Shown here: one piece after another, positions 1-14,165 of the stretch
Numbering within the stretch: position 1 is the first letter of the stretch
How the letters are laid out: each line of letters opens with the position of its first letter
Position numbers and translations under genes: made by a program
Source of the DNA: Marsupella aquatica
Lineage: Eukaryota > Plantae > Marchantiophyta
Length of the DNA: 64,000 nt
Assembly (NCBI GenBank): GCA_973895155.1
Contig: OZ316898.1
Span: forward strand, 6,125,079 to 6,189,078
Direction of reading: 5' to 3'
The notes under the pieces: generated by a model
Told to the model about the DNA's origin: nothing
The model's input: the letters and a program-made list of their open reading frames with translations, nothing else
The model's database searches: none

Positions 1-1010
1 ACCTTGAGGTTGGAGTCCATCACTAATTTGAAGGTTGGCTCTCGTAAGGAGCGTCTGCTGACAGGAGCATGAGCCTTGTTCCTTATCTCATTCTGAGGAC
101 ACCATTAATGGCGGTGGTGGTGTCTTCAAATTAGTAAGGTGTAGAGTATCGCCTAAAGTCCTGGCCAGTCCTTTGTAGGGTTGTTGAAGCTGGTAGGACA
201 GTCGGTGTCTGGTTTCCATTTGAGTTATGGACGTTTTGACTAACGAAGGTGGTTCTAGGGCCTCACCCACTAGGGGACCGAACTCTGGTCTAATGTAGGT
301 TCGAGACGTATTGCTTCATTCATTCATTCAATTGACTTGGGTTTTTCCTCGTCTATGATCCGATCCTTGGACGGTGGCTCTATGCTTTTTGCTCCACAGT
401 GTACTAACCGACCAGAAGGAGCCACCGGTGGTGGAATTTTGTCGTTTTCAATTTTGACGGTAAAATGATTTGAACGTCATTGTTTTGTGTGGAAGTCTGG
501 CCACCACCCCACCAGTTGACCTTGAAGTTTGAACCTGCTGAAAATTGCTGGACTGAATTTCAATAAAACCAGCATTGTAACTCATTAAATCAAGGTGCAT
601 TTTAAAAGCCATTCATTTTTACCTAAATCTTACTTGGAAATGCTTTGGCAACAAAACACAAAGGAAAGACTGAGATGTCTCCTCAATAGGCTAAATCCTT
701 TAGTCACCAGATCTAGTGATTCTTGTTAAATCTAGGGAAATCAAATGGTTCAATTATACACTTCAAACACTTAACAACAAGAATTACTTTTAAGGAAAGA
801 AGAGAACTTACTGTTACACTCCTCTGCAAAAATGAGCAAGGAAAGAAAAAGAAATCACCGTTTACACCAGCATTCTTCTTAGTGACTGAAATTGACTAGA
901 TTCCACATCTTTCAAGTGTCTTTGCGGATTTCAGCAAAAATGGCCACTTTTATTGTCTTCCTTTATTTAGCCAGTTTCCCACTTAGCTACAAACCCCATT
1001 AGCCATCTAT

Positions 1011-1174
1011 GGGGTATCCTTAATGGGACCCCAAAGTGAAATGTGTTACTTGATTGGACCCCTGAAGTTTTGGGTACTTTAATTTATGGTCTATCATCAT
1101 CAATTAATGGTCTAAATACTCAGGGGTATCAAATCACACTTTTCATTTTGAGATCCTATCAATCAAATACCTCC
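1011..1174. mobile_element. Small foldback/MITE-like element
   Basis: ggggtatcc...aaagtgaaatgtg...acccctga (1011-1064) is an imperfect reverse complement of tcaggggtatcaaatcacacttttcattttgagatcc...atacctcc (1120-1174); non-coding. Confidence 0.5.
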
Positions 1175-3574
1175 TCCTTTAATACAATGAGATTGGATCA
1201 TTGAATTGGGGAAAGAAACATACAATGACCAGGATGAGACAGGCATGAAAACACAACCTATGCTAACCAGGCCCTTGACCAAAGGCTCATCTTTAAAAAA
1301 ATGAATAAAATATACTTCACTTATGTCATCGATGAGAGTGTCTTGTTGATACCGGATGAGGGGGTGGATGGATCAAGGGTCTAGACCAGCAGTCGAGATG
1401 TCTCAATCTTCACTTTGGATATTCTAAAATCTTATAAAACAATGATTTATGTTTCTATGATAGATTATTCTTAGAAGTTTTGTTACAAATACCTATGATT
1501 GAACCCGGATTGAACCATTGTCCTTATTTATGGCAGTGGAAAATGGGCTTTCTTATATGAATAGGGTCAAAGAAAATTAATAAACCTTTCAAGGAAAGAA
1601 AATTAATAAACCATATCATTTTTATTTTTATTTTGTTTAAAAAAATATAACAACTCCAAGGCATCATTCATTTTGTTTGTTTGGAAAACTGATTTAAACA
1701 AAAATACAGATTTATGGTAGAAACTAATCCAATTGAAAAGGCCCACCTTAAATGGAAATATAAACACATTGAAAACAAGTGAAATAGTATAGAAGTCCAG
1801 TGTTGCAGTCCATTATAGAAGTCCATTGTATTGCAGTCCATATGTATTGCAAATAAAAGTATATTGGGGCCGTTTTGGGGGCCCCCATCACCTAGCTAAA
1901 CATAGTTTAGCCAATAAGTGGGCCTGAAAAGTCATAGCAGTATGTTCCTACACATCCTGACCGAGGGAGCAAAGAAGGGTCAATGGGTGGACACACAGAT
2001 TGCTGGATGTTTTGGACACCATAGCAGTCTGGCCCGCCCAAATCACCTTGAAACCCTGCCCAAAACCGAGTCCCACCTTATCCACGACGGGCAGATAGAC
2101 GATGATGGAGGAGAGGAGAGCGAATGAACATGCTGGAAGTCTGGTCTCGCATTGGGTGGCAGCCACTTTTGTGCACGCAGCACCGATCTGATTGGGCAGA
2201 TGCCTATTTTGGCTTGCAGTCACGGTTTACTTGGGTATTCACTTTACTTTTGGTCGATCAACTGGTCTTGTACTCAACTCTGCATTGGTTCCCTAATTTT
2301 CACCCTGTTTGTTTTGTTGTCTTCTTGCCTTGCTTACCAGGTCTGTGACAGAAGGGGTCAGTCACAAAGGCTGAACGATGACAAGGCTACTAGATGTGTT
2401 AAGTAGATGATTGTATTATTCTGTGGATGAAAACCATGTTTCACACATGATTGACAACATTTTCCTGAAACACCAGGTTATTTGGAATGGAATTCAAGAG
2501 AGTGTTGCATCATGGAAACAATATGTTGGTCTATTCATGAAATGTTTGATTTGGTTTCATATGATATTCATATGCACAATCCTCACACTTAGGATTCATA
2601 AAGTAGATAAAGTGGTAGTACATGAGTGATTGGAAGAGTGTTGGCTTGGTGGTTATCCCATTCATTATGGGCTAAATTTGAAATTGAGTTGTTGTAGTTA
2701 AGTTTGAATTTATGGGTACCTCAAGGTTAATACTGCAAAACTTTAATTATAACCATCAGTGTCTTTAGAATATTATAATGGATCTTTAGAAGGGTTTAAA
2801 TTTACAAGTCTGGCCTAAACTAAATTGCTCAAGAAGTAAAGTGTTTTTCAATTGTGAAGTCACTCTATTGTTTGTAGATTATCAAAGATTACTAGCTCAT
2901 CTTTTGAAATGAGTGGACCAAGGCTAAAGAATGTGAAGATTTGATCACTAGTGAGTTTTTCACCCATAATGCAAGCATTGAGAGTTTAGCCATTGGAGGT
3001 TCAACTAACAAAAATGGTAGTACCCACGTGCAATCCAAAATAGATATTTCCAATGAAAATTGCCTAGATTTTTAAACAACATAGGCAGGAAAAAAGGTAT
3101 TATAGAATACTCTTTAATATATATATCTTATCAAGTAAAATACACAATTTGTATTAAAAATCTGGAATTTCTTTGGAATTTTTATTTATAAATATGAGTA
3201 TTTATATTAAGCTAGGATGGTAAGTGGTACCCCAAAATATACACAAAGTTAATCCCTCAAGGTTTAGCCCCACTCTACTGTAGTGGTTGAGGACACATTA
3301 AGTAGAGATGTGCAATACAATATATGAGGAGTCTTCTTGCTATGTGCCTGGATCACAATAATTTCCATCTAAGTGGTTAGCATTGCTCAAATAAGCATCC
3401 CTTCACATATTAGTATACCAAATGTGAAACTCCCAAGTAAAACAGAAATATTGTCTTAATTATCCACTATGCAAAGATTAGATGGGAGCATTGTCAGTTT
3501 CTTTCACATGCATTTTGATAAGCTTTTGCATTGTTTTGAAGTGTCTCCAAGCATTGTGGGAGGTAGAGAGAAGT

Positions 3575-3850
3575 TGTTGAGTATTGCTCTTAGTCTTGTG
3601 ACTCTAGGGTTAACCGCAATTAGGCTAAGTCAGGTTAAGACTTAGCTAAGGTTAGCAATGATGCATGCTGTATATAACCAGGGCTGAATATGCCAGCCTC
3701 TGGTGGATCTTCAGTTCATTGTTGGAGTGGAGCAAGAGAGAATAAAAGCTCTTGCTTTCCCATGGACGTAGCCTCAGGCGAGAGGAGAACCACATACTCA
3801 CTGTGTCGACTACTTTGTATAGTATTTACATGTGCATCATGTCCCCAACA
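3575..3850 (+). mobile_element. Solo LTR (copia-like)
   Basis: Starts TGTTG, ends CAACA; flanks gaagt/aaagt (4/5 TSD match); internal TATATAA, AATAAA and a 'ggacgtagcc...gaaccac' motif reminiscent of plant copia LTRs; no adjacent internal domain. Confidence 0.65.
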
Positions 3851-5902
3851 AAAGTCATGGACTAGTGAATTTAATTAGGTTTGTCTAATCACTTTTCATT
3901 TATGTATGTGCCCAATCAAAGTGTTTGCATCTCAAGCATGCTAAACATACACACTCCTAGATTTGGTCGAGACTTACTGTTTTTTAGCATATTACATTTT
4001 CAAAAACATTGTGCTCAATAATAATACCAGTAAAAATAAGTTTGGATGGACTGGCAGGTTGGCTGTGAAGCCCAACTGGCAAAGCTGGGATGGACTTTGG
4101 CACCCGCTTGGCATAATGTAAAGACTTGTCTTTTACAATTCAACAAAAATGTGAGCTATAAATGGTCTTTGTACTTATTGTAGTCCCTTCGGGAGCCCGT
4201 TCCAATTACTTTACTTAGTGGTAGTTGTTGCTTATGCCCAATATAGTGGGGGAATTCTTAGCAAAATAGAAGCACCCATTTTCAGTTTAGTTAAGATATT
4301 TGACACCCTGGAGAATCACTATCTCAAATTAAAATGCCTAAAACCCTATGAACATATGCATCTCAAGCACCCCTTATTGTGTATTTTGATGTAATTCAAA
4401 AAATCCTTGAAATTTTAATAAGTGATATTTCACACATAAAAAGTACCATGAACACTTATTAGTTCTCAGTGTTTCCATTACTGATATGCTTCATTTCTTG
4501 TAAACTATATGTCAGGCCACGATTAGAGGCTGCGCATAAGGCAAAATTGACCCTCTCCCATGTTGGTTGATCTCCCGCTTAGGGACCATTTCCCCTAGTA
4601 ATCCATGCCTTTCGGCTAAAGTGGGAAAAAGCACAAAGTTTGTAAACAGAATAGAATCCCACATTAAACCATACAGAGTAACCTGGACTAATGACACACA
4701 AACTTTTGTAAGAAAATTTTATTTTCTTTAGCCTTTTTTCCAAGTAATTTTCCTACTTGGTCTTACAAAAGTTTAGACAATGCCTCCGTTTGTGTGCAAT
4801 TTCATTTTGTAGATATAATACATTTTAAATGTGTGTCATGCACACTCTGGCTTTATGGATAGGTTTACTGCTTGTAGGTAAAATCATTCTATGAACTTAT
4901 CTCTCAAAAGAACAACAGAGTTAAATTATATATTATCAATTATCAATTATGGTCAAGAATACTATGTCCCTCATCATCATGGTTTGTAAACTTGGGTTCC
5001 TTTGGAAGGTTTAGCTTATTGTAGTGCAAAACTGAATGTCAAAGGTCATACTGCACAACTAACAGTTAGATTGAGTGACTCTAACAACCTTTTTATACCT
5101 AGGAGTTGGTGCACATTCAAGCTGGTTTTGTTTGATTGGCGGGCAAGTATAGAGGGGAGTATCACACTTCTACAGGCACTTAGAGTCCTCACAATAAAGG
5201 CTCTTAAGACTGTTTCCCACAAAGTGACCCCAAAAGCTACTAACTTCAAGCCAGCTGCCACGAAATTGTTATTTTTTTACCCACATACAAGTCATTGGTA
5301 GTAATTTTGTCTGAAAACTAGCTTATCAATGAGCAAATGTTTGATGAGTTGAGTGAGCAAGTACCCCAGCAAGTACATTAGCCCCTTACAACCCCTTCTC
5401 TCTTACAGTCATGGCCAACTGAATGTAGTTACTCACCTGGTTAGCCCTACAATGTTGTGCATATTTCTAGTCTCAAGGGTCATTTGCTTAGTACTAAAAA
5501 ATGACGAGACAAACAATTACCTGTTTCATACTATACATTACTTAAAAAGTTAAGAAACAAACAAAAGGAATAAAATATATACTCTTTAATAAAAAATAAT
5601 TACCTGTTTCATACTATACGGAGTACTTGGTGGTCAAAGGATAATCCTTCACACTTCGTCGATTAAAAAGGTAAGAAAAAAACAAAAGAATCAAATATAT
5701 ACTCTCTAAGAAGAAATAAACAAATTAAAGGTTCCTTCATCTTTTTTTGTCTCATTATATTGGACATTCCTCTTCTCACTTAAGCCATCATGATGTTATG
5801 GAATATTGCATACTAAATGTATTTCAACACACATGTCTCAAAATACATTTAGGGTCTTTTTGGTAATTTGGTCCCTTCACAACGTGTGAAAGAGTAGAGC
5901 TG

Positions 5903-6023
5903 TCCAGTCCATCGTATTATTGCAGTCCAGTCCATCGTATTTCAGTACAGTACATCGTATTTCAGTCCAGTACATCGTATTTCAGTCCGCCATGTATCAG
6001 TCCAGTCCATCGTATTTCAGTCC
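5903..6023. repeat. Short tandem repeat (~20-bp unit gtccagtccatcgtatttca)
   Basis: About 5-6 degenerate copies visible. Confidence 0.7.
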
Positions 6024-6571
6024 AAAGGTATGGGCCGACAAAAGTATCATGGGGAGCTTTTCTGGTCCCCCATCACATAACTTAACTGAACACAGTTCAG
6101 CCAATCATCTCAGCCAGACGGAAAAAGCGAAGTAGGGGAGGAGAGGATTGTGATCTTCGTCGCTCTTCATCACTCGCCTGCAATCCGTCATCCTCTCAAA
6201 GATAAGCCAGGCGCATGCAAGATTGCAAGGGAAGACTGCAGGCTTTGCAGCAGGGCTCAAAGGGTGGGGGGCCCCATTTGAATGAATGCACTAGACCACA
6301 ATGAACCCTATAGATCACCAGCCATATCCATGGTTCAAATATAAAGGTTGTTTACGGTACACCCTGTATAAGTGCATACTAGATAACTGCATTCTGTGGA
6401 TAAATGCAGGGTGATCATGTAGTCCCCTTATATTATAGTTTTTTTTAATATCAATGCACCAAAATGTAGTTCTTGTAGGTACATCTCAACCCTCTCGAAA
6501 CAAATAATATATGAGTTCATTGTCTTTTATAAATGTACTAGCCCCATGCCTGTGCGTTGCACGAAAGACTT

Positions 6572-6790
6572 CGAGTGAGGGCAAGATGTCGAAGAGAGAG
6601 CAAGATGTTGAGGTGAGGGCAAGATTTGGAGGTGAGGGCAAGATGTCGGGGTGAGGGTAACATTTTGAGGTGAGGGTAAGATGTCGAGGAGAGGGCAAGA
6701 TTTGGAGGTGAGGGCAAGATGTCGAAGTGAGAGCAAGATGTTGAGATGAGAGCAAGATGTCAAGGTGAGGGTAAGATTTTGAGGCGAGGC
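6572..6790. repeat. Helitron 3' subterminal minisatellite (~19-bp unit gaggtgagggcaagatgtc)
   Basis: About 11 degenerate tandem copies between the RepHel stop and the 3' hairpin. Confidence 0.85.
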
Positions 6791-6876
6791 AAACATGGTT
6801 ATGCATTGCAAACTTATAATTCAGTCAAAAAGTCAAAGAGATTAATACAAAAGTGATACAATATTTATTCAGGTGT

Positions 6877-9800
6877 TCAGTAAAGAACCTCATCCTATAC
6901 AACAATTTTTGTCAACTTTGCTTGACCCTCCTCGGAATCTGAAAGTAAAACCTTGATAGTTGTAGGTGATGTTGCCCTTGAGAATGCTACATACAACTGT
7001 CCATGACTAAATACAGGCTTTGAAAGCTGCAACCCTACATGTTCTAAAGTCTGACCTTGAGCCTTGTTTATGGTCATTGCATATGCCACTCGAATTGGAA
7101 ACTGGACCCTACGTAATAAGAAAGGAAGTGACTCATCAGAGGTCAACGGAATCCGTGGGATAAATGTAAGGGTCCCTGCATGTTTTCCTGCAAGAACACG
7201 TGCCTCAATGACACGACGATTCATTGCTCTCACAATTAACCGAGTACCATTACACAACCCCAAAGAGTGATCTATATTCCTAAGTAAAATGATAGGGCAT
7301 CCAACCTTCAGTACCAACTTATGAGGTGGAAGACCACTCGGCGTGAGTGTATTCAAGAACTCCGTAGGGTAGAAATTTTCCCCTTCGAGCTGATCTGGAC
7401 GATCAACGCTAAAAAACTCACTTGATTCCCCAAGAAGTCCTTCTAAGATAGAGTCGTTAATTTTTAGTGCCTCGTCATTTGTCGGCGCCAGAATAGTTCT
7501 CTCACTTAAGAACCTGTCGTCCACATTAGCAAGAGTCGGGTATATTGCCTGAACCAATGATTCCACACGTCCTCCATCCACCACCATAGACTCAGGGCAA
7601 GTAATAAGATTATTTGAAAGCCCTCCTTTTGGGAGTTTATCATCGCCCAATTGTAGTAGCCACTCCGCAAATGTAACATTACCAAATTCAGGAGATGCGT
7701 TAGTTCCTCTTGCCCGCATATTTTCAGTTAGCTTCAAAGTCCGTATACTACTCCACACATAAGACTTCTTCAAACACGACCCCACAATCTCTGGACGACT
7801 TGCCCTTGCCTTCACTGGAAGCACTTGTTGAAAATCACCTGCAAATACAACTACAACCCCTCCAAAGATTTGGTCATTATCTCGTATGTCGCGTAAAGTT
7901 CTATCCAATGCCTCCATTCCATGCCGATGGATCATGGGTGCTTCATCCCACAAAATAAAAGTTGCCCTCCGCAATAATCCAGCAAGGTCAGATTGTTTTT
8001 GGATGCCGCATGTCGATGTCGAGATTGGTTTCAATGGTAGCTTGAATCTTGAGTGTGCGGTGCGACCTCCATCTAACAAAAGACTTGCAATACCCGAGGA
8101 AGCTACGGCCAATGCAATGTCCCCATCTACATGGACTCTCCGAAGTAGAACATTCTCCACAAATGTTTTGCCCGTCCCCCCTGGTCCATCAATAAAGAAT
8201 GTCGCTCCATCTCGAGCCCTCACCGCTGCAAGTATTGTAGTGTACGTTGCCCTTTGACCCTCGTTCAACAACGGCTCCTGCTCTGCAAGTTGTTGTAGAA
8301 GTACATCCATCGGGTAACGTGTCTCCTCTCTTATCAACCGGTTTCTATTTTCTTCCTCTTGGAAAAACTCCATACCTGGTTCCGGAAGACCAAACTCCAA
8401 CAATGTTTTACCCACACTTTTCAAAGCCTCATCCATCAAATGTAGAGCAAAGCTCTGTTGCTGCTGCTCCGTAGAATCTAAGAAGCCCATTGATTGCAAA
8501 CGATACCTACAATCATCACTCAAATTGGATGCATGTTGTGTCCACAGGTCGCACGGTTTGGCAACACCTCCAAACAACAATATTGTGATAAATAGTTGCC
8601 GAATTTGCGCACCGGTGTGCATACTTGCTGCTTCTTGAAGGCATCTATCCCACTCTTCATCGTTCTCATACAAACCCCGGGCAAGAGCCGCGGCCTGAAA
8701 GGTTGGGTATACATTGCCCTCAAATGTGCGAAGGTCGATAAATGATGTTGCACCTTTGATGTGAAGAAGAAGCGCCCTCAAGTAATACCGTTCACCCGCG
8801 GCTGGCGGCACAAAATACATCCTCCCAATGCTAAACCCTCTTCTTCGTGGGTTCCATGCACGGGAGGATGCATCCCACACAAACTCATTGGGGAAATTGT
8901 TGTAGAAAAGTTGTCTCGCACCTTCATGTAACATGTTAGCTTTGAACCACCCTTTGAGGGTTGTGTCCCTATGAGATTCTCGTTGGACCACATCATTGAT
9001 CTCAGAATCCTCATTGAACATTATTGATTGTTCCCCCTCACAATGCACCTGCAACCTTTGCACTGAAGTAGTACTCTCAGACATTTCAAACTGATTGATG
9101 CGCCATACTCCTTCAGCAGCATACACATATCTAGCATCTAAATGCTCCTTTACTTCGTCTCGTTGCTCAACCTCCACCGTTGCTTTATCGTGCCCTTTAT
9201 AACAGTACTTATATAAATACTTGATTGCTTTAATCGAAGAACAAATCTCCACATTGATATGAGCATTAAATCTCATGCTCAAATATGGACTATGAGGAAC
9301 AACCCACCTATTGTCAAACTTAAATCTGCTTTGATCTTTTGAGAAACTCCGGCCATCATCCCGACGTCGATACATAGGATACCCATCATCTCCAAAAACT
9401 GTTTCGGATGAAAATGATCGCGGATAGCCCTTGCTGCACTGTCCATCAACCATGCAAGGTGAGTTTGAATACCCGCGACTGCATGGACCATGAACTATAG
9501 ACTTCATAATAGTCTGATATAATTGGGGATGTACTCGCGTGTCCGGTATCTCTGCCGAAACCAATTCGTCAACCAACTCCGGGGTGCGCAACTTATGTCG
9601 TTCCACCAATATTATCAGTATGTGGGCGTGCGGCAGACCCCACTTCTGAAATTCAATGACATACATAGAGGCAATAGGTCTACCTAATACCCCTGTCCGA
9701 ATGTCCGCCAACAGGGCCTTCAACTTAAGTTTGAACACTCTCGCCACAATGTCATCGCGGTCAGCTGCGGTCTGGTAGGGGTAGCACTCCGCTTTGATTT

Positions 9801-12197
9801 CAGGCCATTCAGGATTGCACGTAAAAGTTATGAAAAGGTCTGGAGGCCCATACGTTCGAACAACCGCCATGGCATCCTGATAGGCCTGCATCATATGTCG
9901 TGCACTACCTCCATAGGTTGATGGTAGAATATAGGTTCTACCCACATCACTTGCTCGTGCGTCCTCATTTTGAACTGCATCTTGTAGCCCTTGATACAAC
10001 TCGGTCCTTAGCTTCTTCTGATTATTACGAATGTAGGTGAGTCGTGTTTGATCAATACATGCATAAGCATCCACAATGTATTGCTTTAGCAATCGTCCTC
10101 CACGAAGCAACCAATCATCTCCCCGTCTTGCATGTAACCTATACGCATAGTACTGAAGTTGGGTCACCTTCTTAGAACCATTTCGTCCACCCCTCGCTCC
10201 TGCATCAACAGCCACAATAATTCCATCTTGGAATTCATGGCCTGCCAATGGGATGTCATAAGACCACCCATCCTGTCCGTGAGGAAAAAGCAAAACATAA
10301 TGAAGGGGAGCATACGACCGATGCCACTCAGAAATCCTTTGTAGGCCACCATTCCTCTTCCTTAGGATTATGTCCCTACCACGTGTTTCAATATCTTCCT
10401 CTCCCACCATAATCACGCCAATTTCATCTGTTGTGGGCTTATTATAGCGCCTAGGGTCAGTATCTCACTCTGCTATAATACGTAGCGATACCTCTGCCAC
10501 CTCAGTGCCATCAATGCGGCTCCCCGCATTTTTGAAGAGCCCCACATATGGATTGTACGTATGCAGCATGTCTTGCAGTGAAGCTAACATAGCATGATCC
10601 AATTGTGGCATCCTATTCATCCTACAACCCAAGAAAAAACCATGAGACACAACTTACTGGAAACATACTTAGAATATTAAAGGAAAAAGCTTTCAAGAAT
10701 GTTGCACATATTACTTATTTACCTGTTTCCCAACTCATTTTCTGTATCATGAATATACAGTTGAGCAAATTTTGGTCCTTCTCCATCAGGCGGCAAGAGG
10801 CTACCGGCACGATGATATAATGCTCCTTGGATACGAAAGGAATATGGGCCTTGATTACCACCCCTTTCATCAATTTTAACACCTAGGGATGTAAATGCCA
10901 ATGCATTATTGTAGCCTCGAATATTCTTCCGGAATGCTGTAGCTGCGGCATTGGTACCAATCAACAAACTCCGTAGAGGTTCAGGGGGATCACCAAGTTC
11001 AGACAATACCACCTTCCCTTCGGCGCAACACATGGTAAAGAACGGGTTGCGTTGCGTCCCTGACTTGCACTCTTCGATCCAATGAAGCGCTTTGCATTGT
11101 GTGCACTCAATGTTCATGCGTCCCAAAAGATGTCGACCCATTGAAGGGTACAACGGTTGTCTTGCCTTTGGTAACCGTTGGATCTGTTCCACTCTTTGAC
11201 GCTCACGCAACACGTCATTTGGATTGAGTTGAGCTGGGGTAACTGGTGCCAGGTTTGTGCCTCCCATTTCCTCTTGGAGGATATTCTCAATCTCGTCCTC
11301 CTCAGATTCGTTTGGTAAATCCAAGGTGCCCTCAACAAATGTGTCAAATTGACCTCCTCCATCATCAAGGATAGGATTTCCCCCCTCGTGCAGAGCACCA
11401 TCAATGAGCCAATCTTCATCAAAGATGTCAGGGTCAGACCGTTCATTGTTTGGTATGGATTCACAGGGCATGGGGACGGCCAAACGGGCAACCCCATCTT
11501 GTAAAGCGCCATCAATGAGCCCTCCCTCGTCAAAGACATCCACATGTTGTGACCTAGTGTTGGTTACGGGCTCGCACGGTGGGGGAATGGCAAATTCCTC
11601 CGGAGACTGGTCAACCCTACACGCGTCCAAGGCACCATGAATGAGCCAACCTTCATCAAACATGGGAGGATCGGATGAACCGCTCATAGGCGTCACTGCA
11701 TGATTGGAAATTGCACTTGGGGCTGCCTCTCGGGTATTATTGATAGCGATGGATCTGGCCAATGCTTGTTGAGTAGCCCTTGCTTCACGGCGAAGTTGTC
11801 TTCCACTATTTTCCCGGCCAGATGCCGAAGTTGATCCTAAACTTGCCCCCTCAAGGGAGAGCAACGGTCTCACCAACGGTGTTGTTGGAGTTTGCCGCGG
11901 TGCCCTTGCTTCGCGCCTTAGTTGCCGACCACTAACTCTGTGGGCAAGTGGCACACTTGGCATGGCACTTGAATCACTTGGTTGTGGTGCCAAAAGTGTT
12001 GCACTTGGTGGAATGCACATTTCCGGCACCGGAGAACCCACAGTTGGTGTGGCACTTGGTTGCGGCATCGCACAGACTCAAGCCCCCTCTTGCTGTCGTC
12101 GCAAAGCATATTGTTGCCGACGCCTTGCATTTATTGCTTCCTTATTTTGGGCATGATGCTCGCGATCAGCTTCCAGCCTCTCCCTTGGGGTTCTCAT
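6877..12197 (-). pseudogene. Helitron RepHel (Zn-finger, HUH Rep, PIF1-like SF1 helicase); 2 exons; inactivated by in-frame stops
   Basis: ATG at 12197 (MRTPRERLEADREHHAQNKEAINARRRQQY); GT-AG intron 10622-10722 joins ...ENELGNR to MNRMPQL...; motifs CTQCKALHW..CC, TFTCNPEW, GLPHAHIL, YLYKYCYKG, GPGGTGKT, DEAPM, GDFQQVLP, TINKAQGQT; stops TGA 12078-12080 and TGA 10465-10467, probable premature TAG 6895-6897; reconstructed frame is 1740 codons. Confidence 0.92.
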
Positions 12198-13369
12198 GGT
12201 GTAGAAACTCTCAAAACCTGTCCATCATCTGCATCCAACCCACACAACATATGAGAATTTTTTATGCACTTGCAATCAAGCTCGACAGACCCCTAATTAT
12301 GTTGAACGCCGGTTGGGCCACACCTTTGCAAGAGACTCGAGACATGTGAGGAGATCCAATATCCGTCGATGATACTGCTTACCACAATCCCTCGTCTCAC
12401 CCTCCCAACCTTGGCGGCGATCATCCTCCTTCCAGGACGTCTCTTGCCCCTTTGGTATCCACTTAGCTGACACCAATTCAGCAAGCATTAGAAAAGGTGA
12501 GAAATGCCTTTGCCCCCATGTGAAACGCTCACGACCAACCCCTTGTCATAAGCACAAAGGGGGTTCACAAAGTTTCCGATAGCGGCCATATGATTGTTAC
12601 CCATGGCCACATCCAAAACCATGAAAATATTAGAGGGGTCCAGAAAATAACAATTCGGGCCAAAACCCATTTTTGGGGTGGTCACCCATCCGAATGGCCC
12701 TCACCCATGGGATGTAGTGGCCGTCAAGTGCTTTGGCCCCCTTCGGATGTGCTCACAACCATTTCCCAAAAACACTCAGTCCCCCATCCGGGCTGCAGTG
12801 ACCTGCCCATGGGATCTGATGGTTGTCCACTGGTTTGGCCCAGACCGGATTCACCCACGGCCGTTTTCCAAAAAGTTATAGTCCCCCATCAGAGTGGCCG
12901 TCACCCATGTGATGAGGGGTAGTCCACAGGTTTGGCCCCAACGGAATTCAGTGACGACCATTTCCCATAAATTTAGTCTTCAGTCTGGGTCCCCATCCTG
13001 ATCCTCCACTCGTTTGGTTCCAACCGAATTCTCTCACGCTGATTCCCCAAAAACATTAGTCCCCTTATATATGCTTCTGGGGTCCTGCCACCCCCGGACC
13101 ACATTTCCAGTCATTTTTTTGGCCCTCAACCCGACGCAAGCGGAGACAACCGTGGATACCTGGCGACCAAAACTACGGCGGCCAAAGCCATGGCAAGGTT
13201 GCCAGTCAACATTCCCGATAGTTTTGGAGCCACGGCAAGCGAGTCGCGGCAGCCAAGGGCAAGCCAAGCCCTGTCATGTACGCCTGGACCAAGGAGGGAG
13301 TTCACGTCAGGAGGCGAGCGTGTGCAACAGGTGCGAGCAAGGGAGGATTGTCCCAGTAAGGCAGGGCCG

Positions 13370-14165
13370 TGGCACAAAGCGCGAGCTGCAGGGCAGGGCA
13401 TTGGCTTGAAGAGGGAGGCAGTGCTGTGGAGCAGGCCGTTGCAGGAGGGCAAGGCAGGCAAGAGAGCCAGGGTGAGGCAAGCGAGCTCGGCCCTGGCGAG
13501 GGGCCGTGGCAGGCGTGTCCGGGCAGCAGCGCCTTGAATGGGAGGGGCTGTGGCAGCCGTGGCAAGCCTGGCGGCAGCAGCGTAAGCCCAGGCAGCAGTG
13601 CCTGGAAAGGAAGCCGTGGCGAGGCGGGGGCGCGTGAGGTGAGGGAGGGAGGGAGGCGCCGTGGCGAGGGAGGGGTGACGGGAGGGGGAGCGCCCCAATG
13701 GCAGCCGCGCGAGGAATGGCCGAGCGAGGGGAAGCGGCCAGGCAGCAGCGCCTGGAAAAAAATCCGTGGCAAGGCGGGGGCGCGTGAGGCAAGGAGAGGC
13801 GAGGCGCCTGAGGGAGGGAGGGAGGGAGACGCCGTGGCGAGGGAGGGGTGATGGGAGGGGGGAGCGCCCCGATGGCAGCCCCGAGGGAGGCAGCGCGAGG
13901 GATGGCCGAGGGAGGGGGAGCGCCCCGATGGCAGGATGGGTCGTGGCGAGGGAGGGAGGAGGCAGGGGCGCCCTGATGGCAGCCCCGATGGCAGCCCCGA
14001 TGGTGAGGGATGGTTGAGGCAGGGGGAGCGCCCCGATGGCAGCCCCAATGGCTGCTGATGGCTGAGGGAGGGGGAGCGCCCCAATGGCAGCCCTGTGGCT
14101 TCTGATAGCCGACAGTGAGCGCGAGGTGAAGCAAGGCAGCAGGCAGGGCGCTGGCAGAGGCAAGG
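13370..14165. repeat. GC-rich degenerate tandem repeats in Helitron 5' non-coding region
   Basis: Recurrent gggagcgccccgatggcag and gccgtggcgagggaggg units; G-rich plus strand; generates spurious overlapping ORFs. Confidence 0.8.

Noticed and set aside
6486-6811. ORFs of 94-106 aa with repeated HL/ILPS motifs
   Set aside because: Translations of the Helitron subterminal minisatellite
10465-10467. Stop-codon readthrough or U-to-C editing of the Helitron TGA
   Set aside because: Several independent C>T-type lesions point to mutational decay; plant U-to-C editing is organellar
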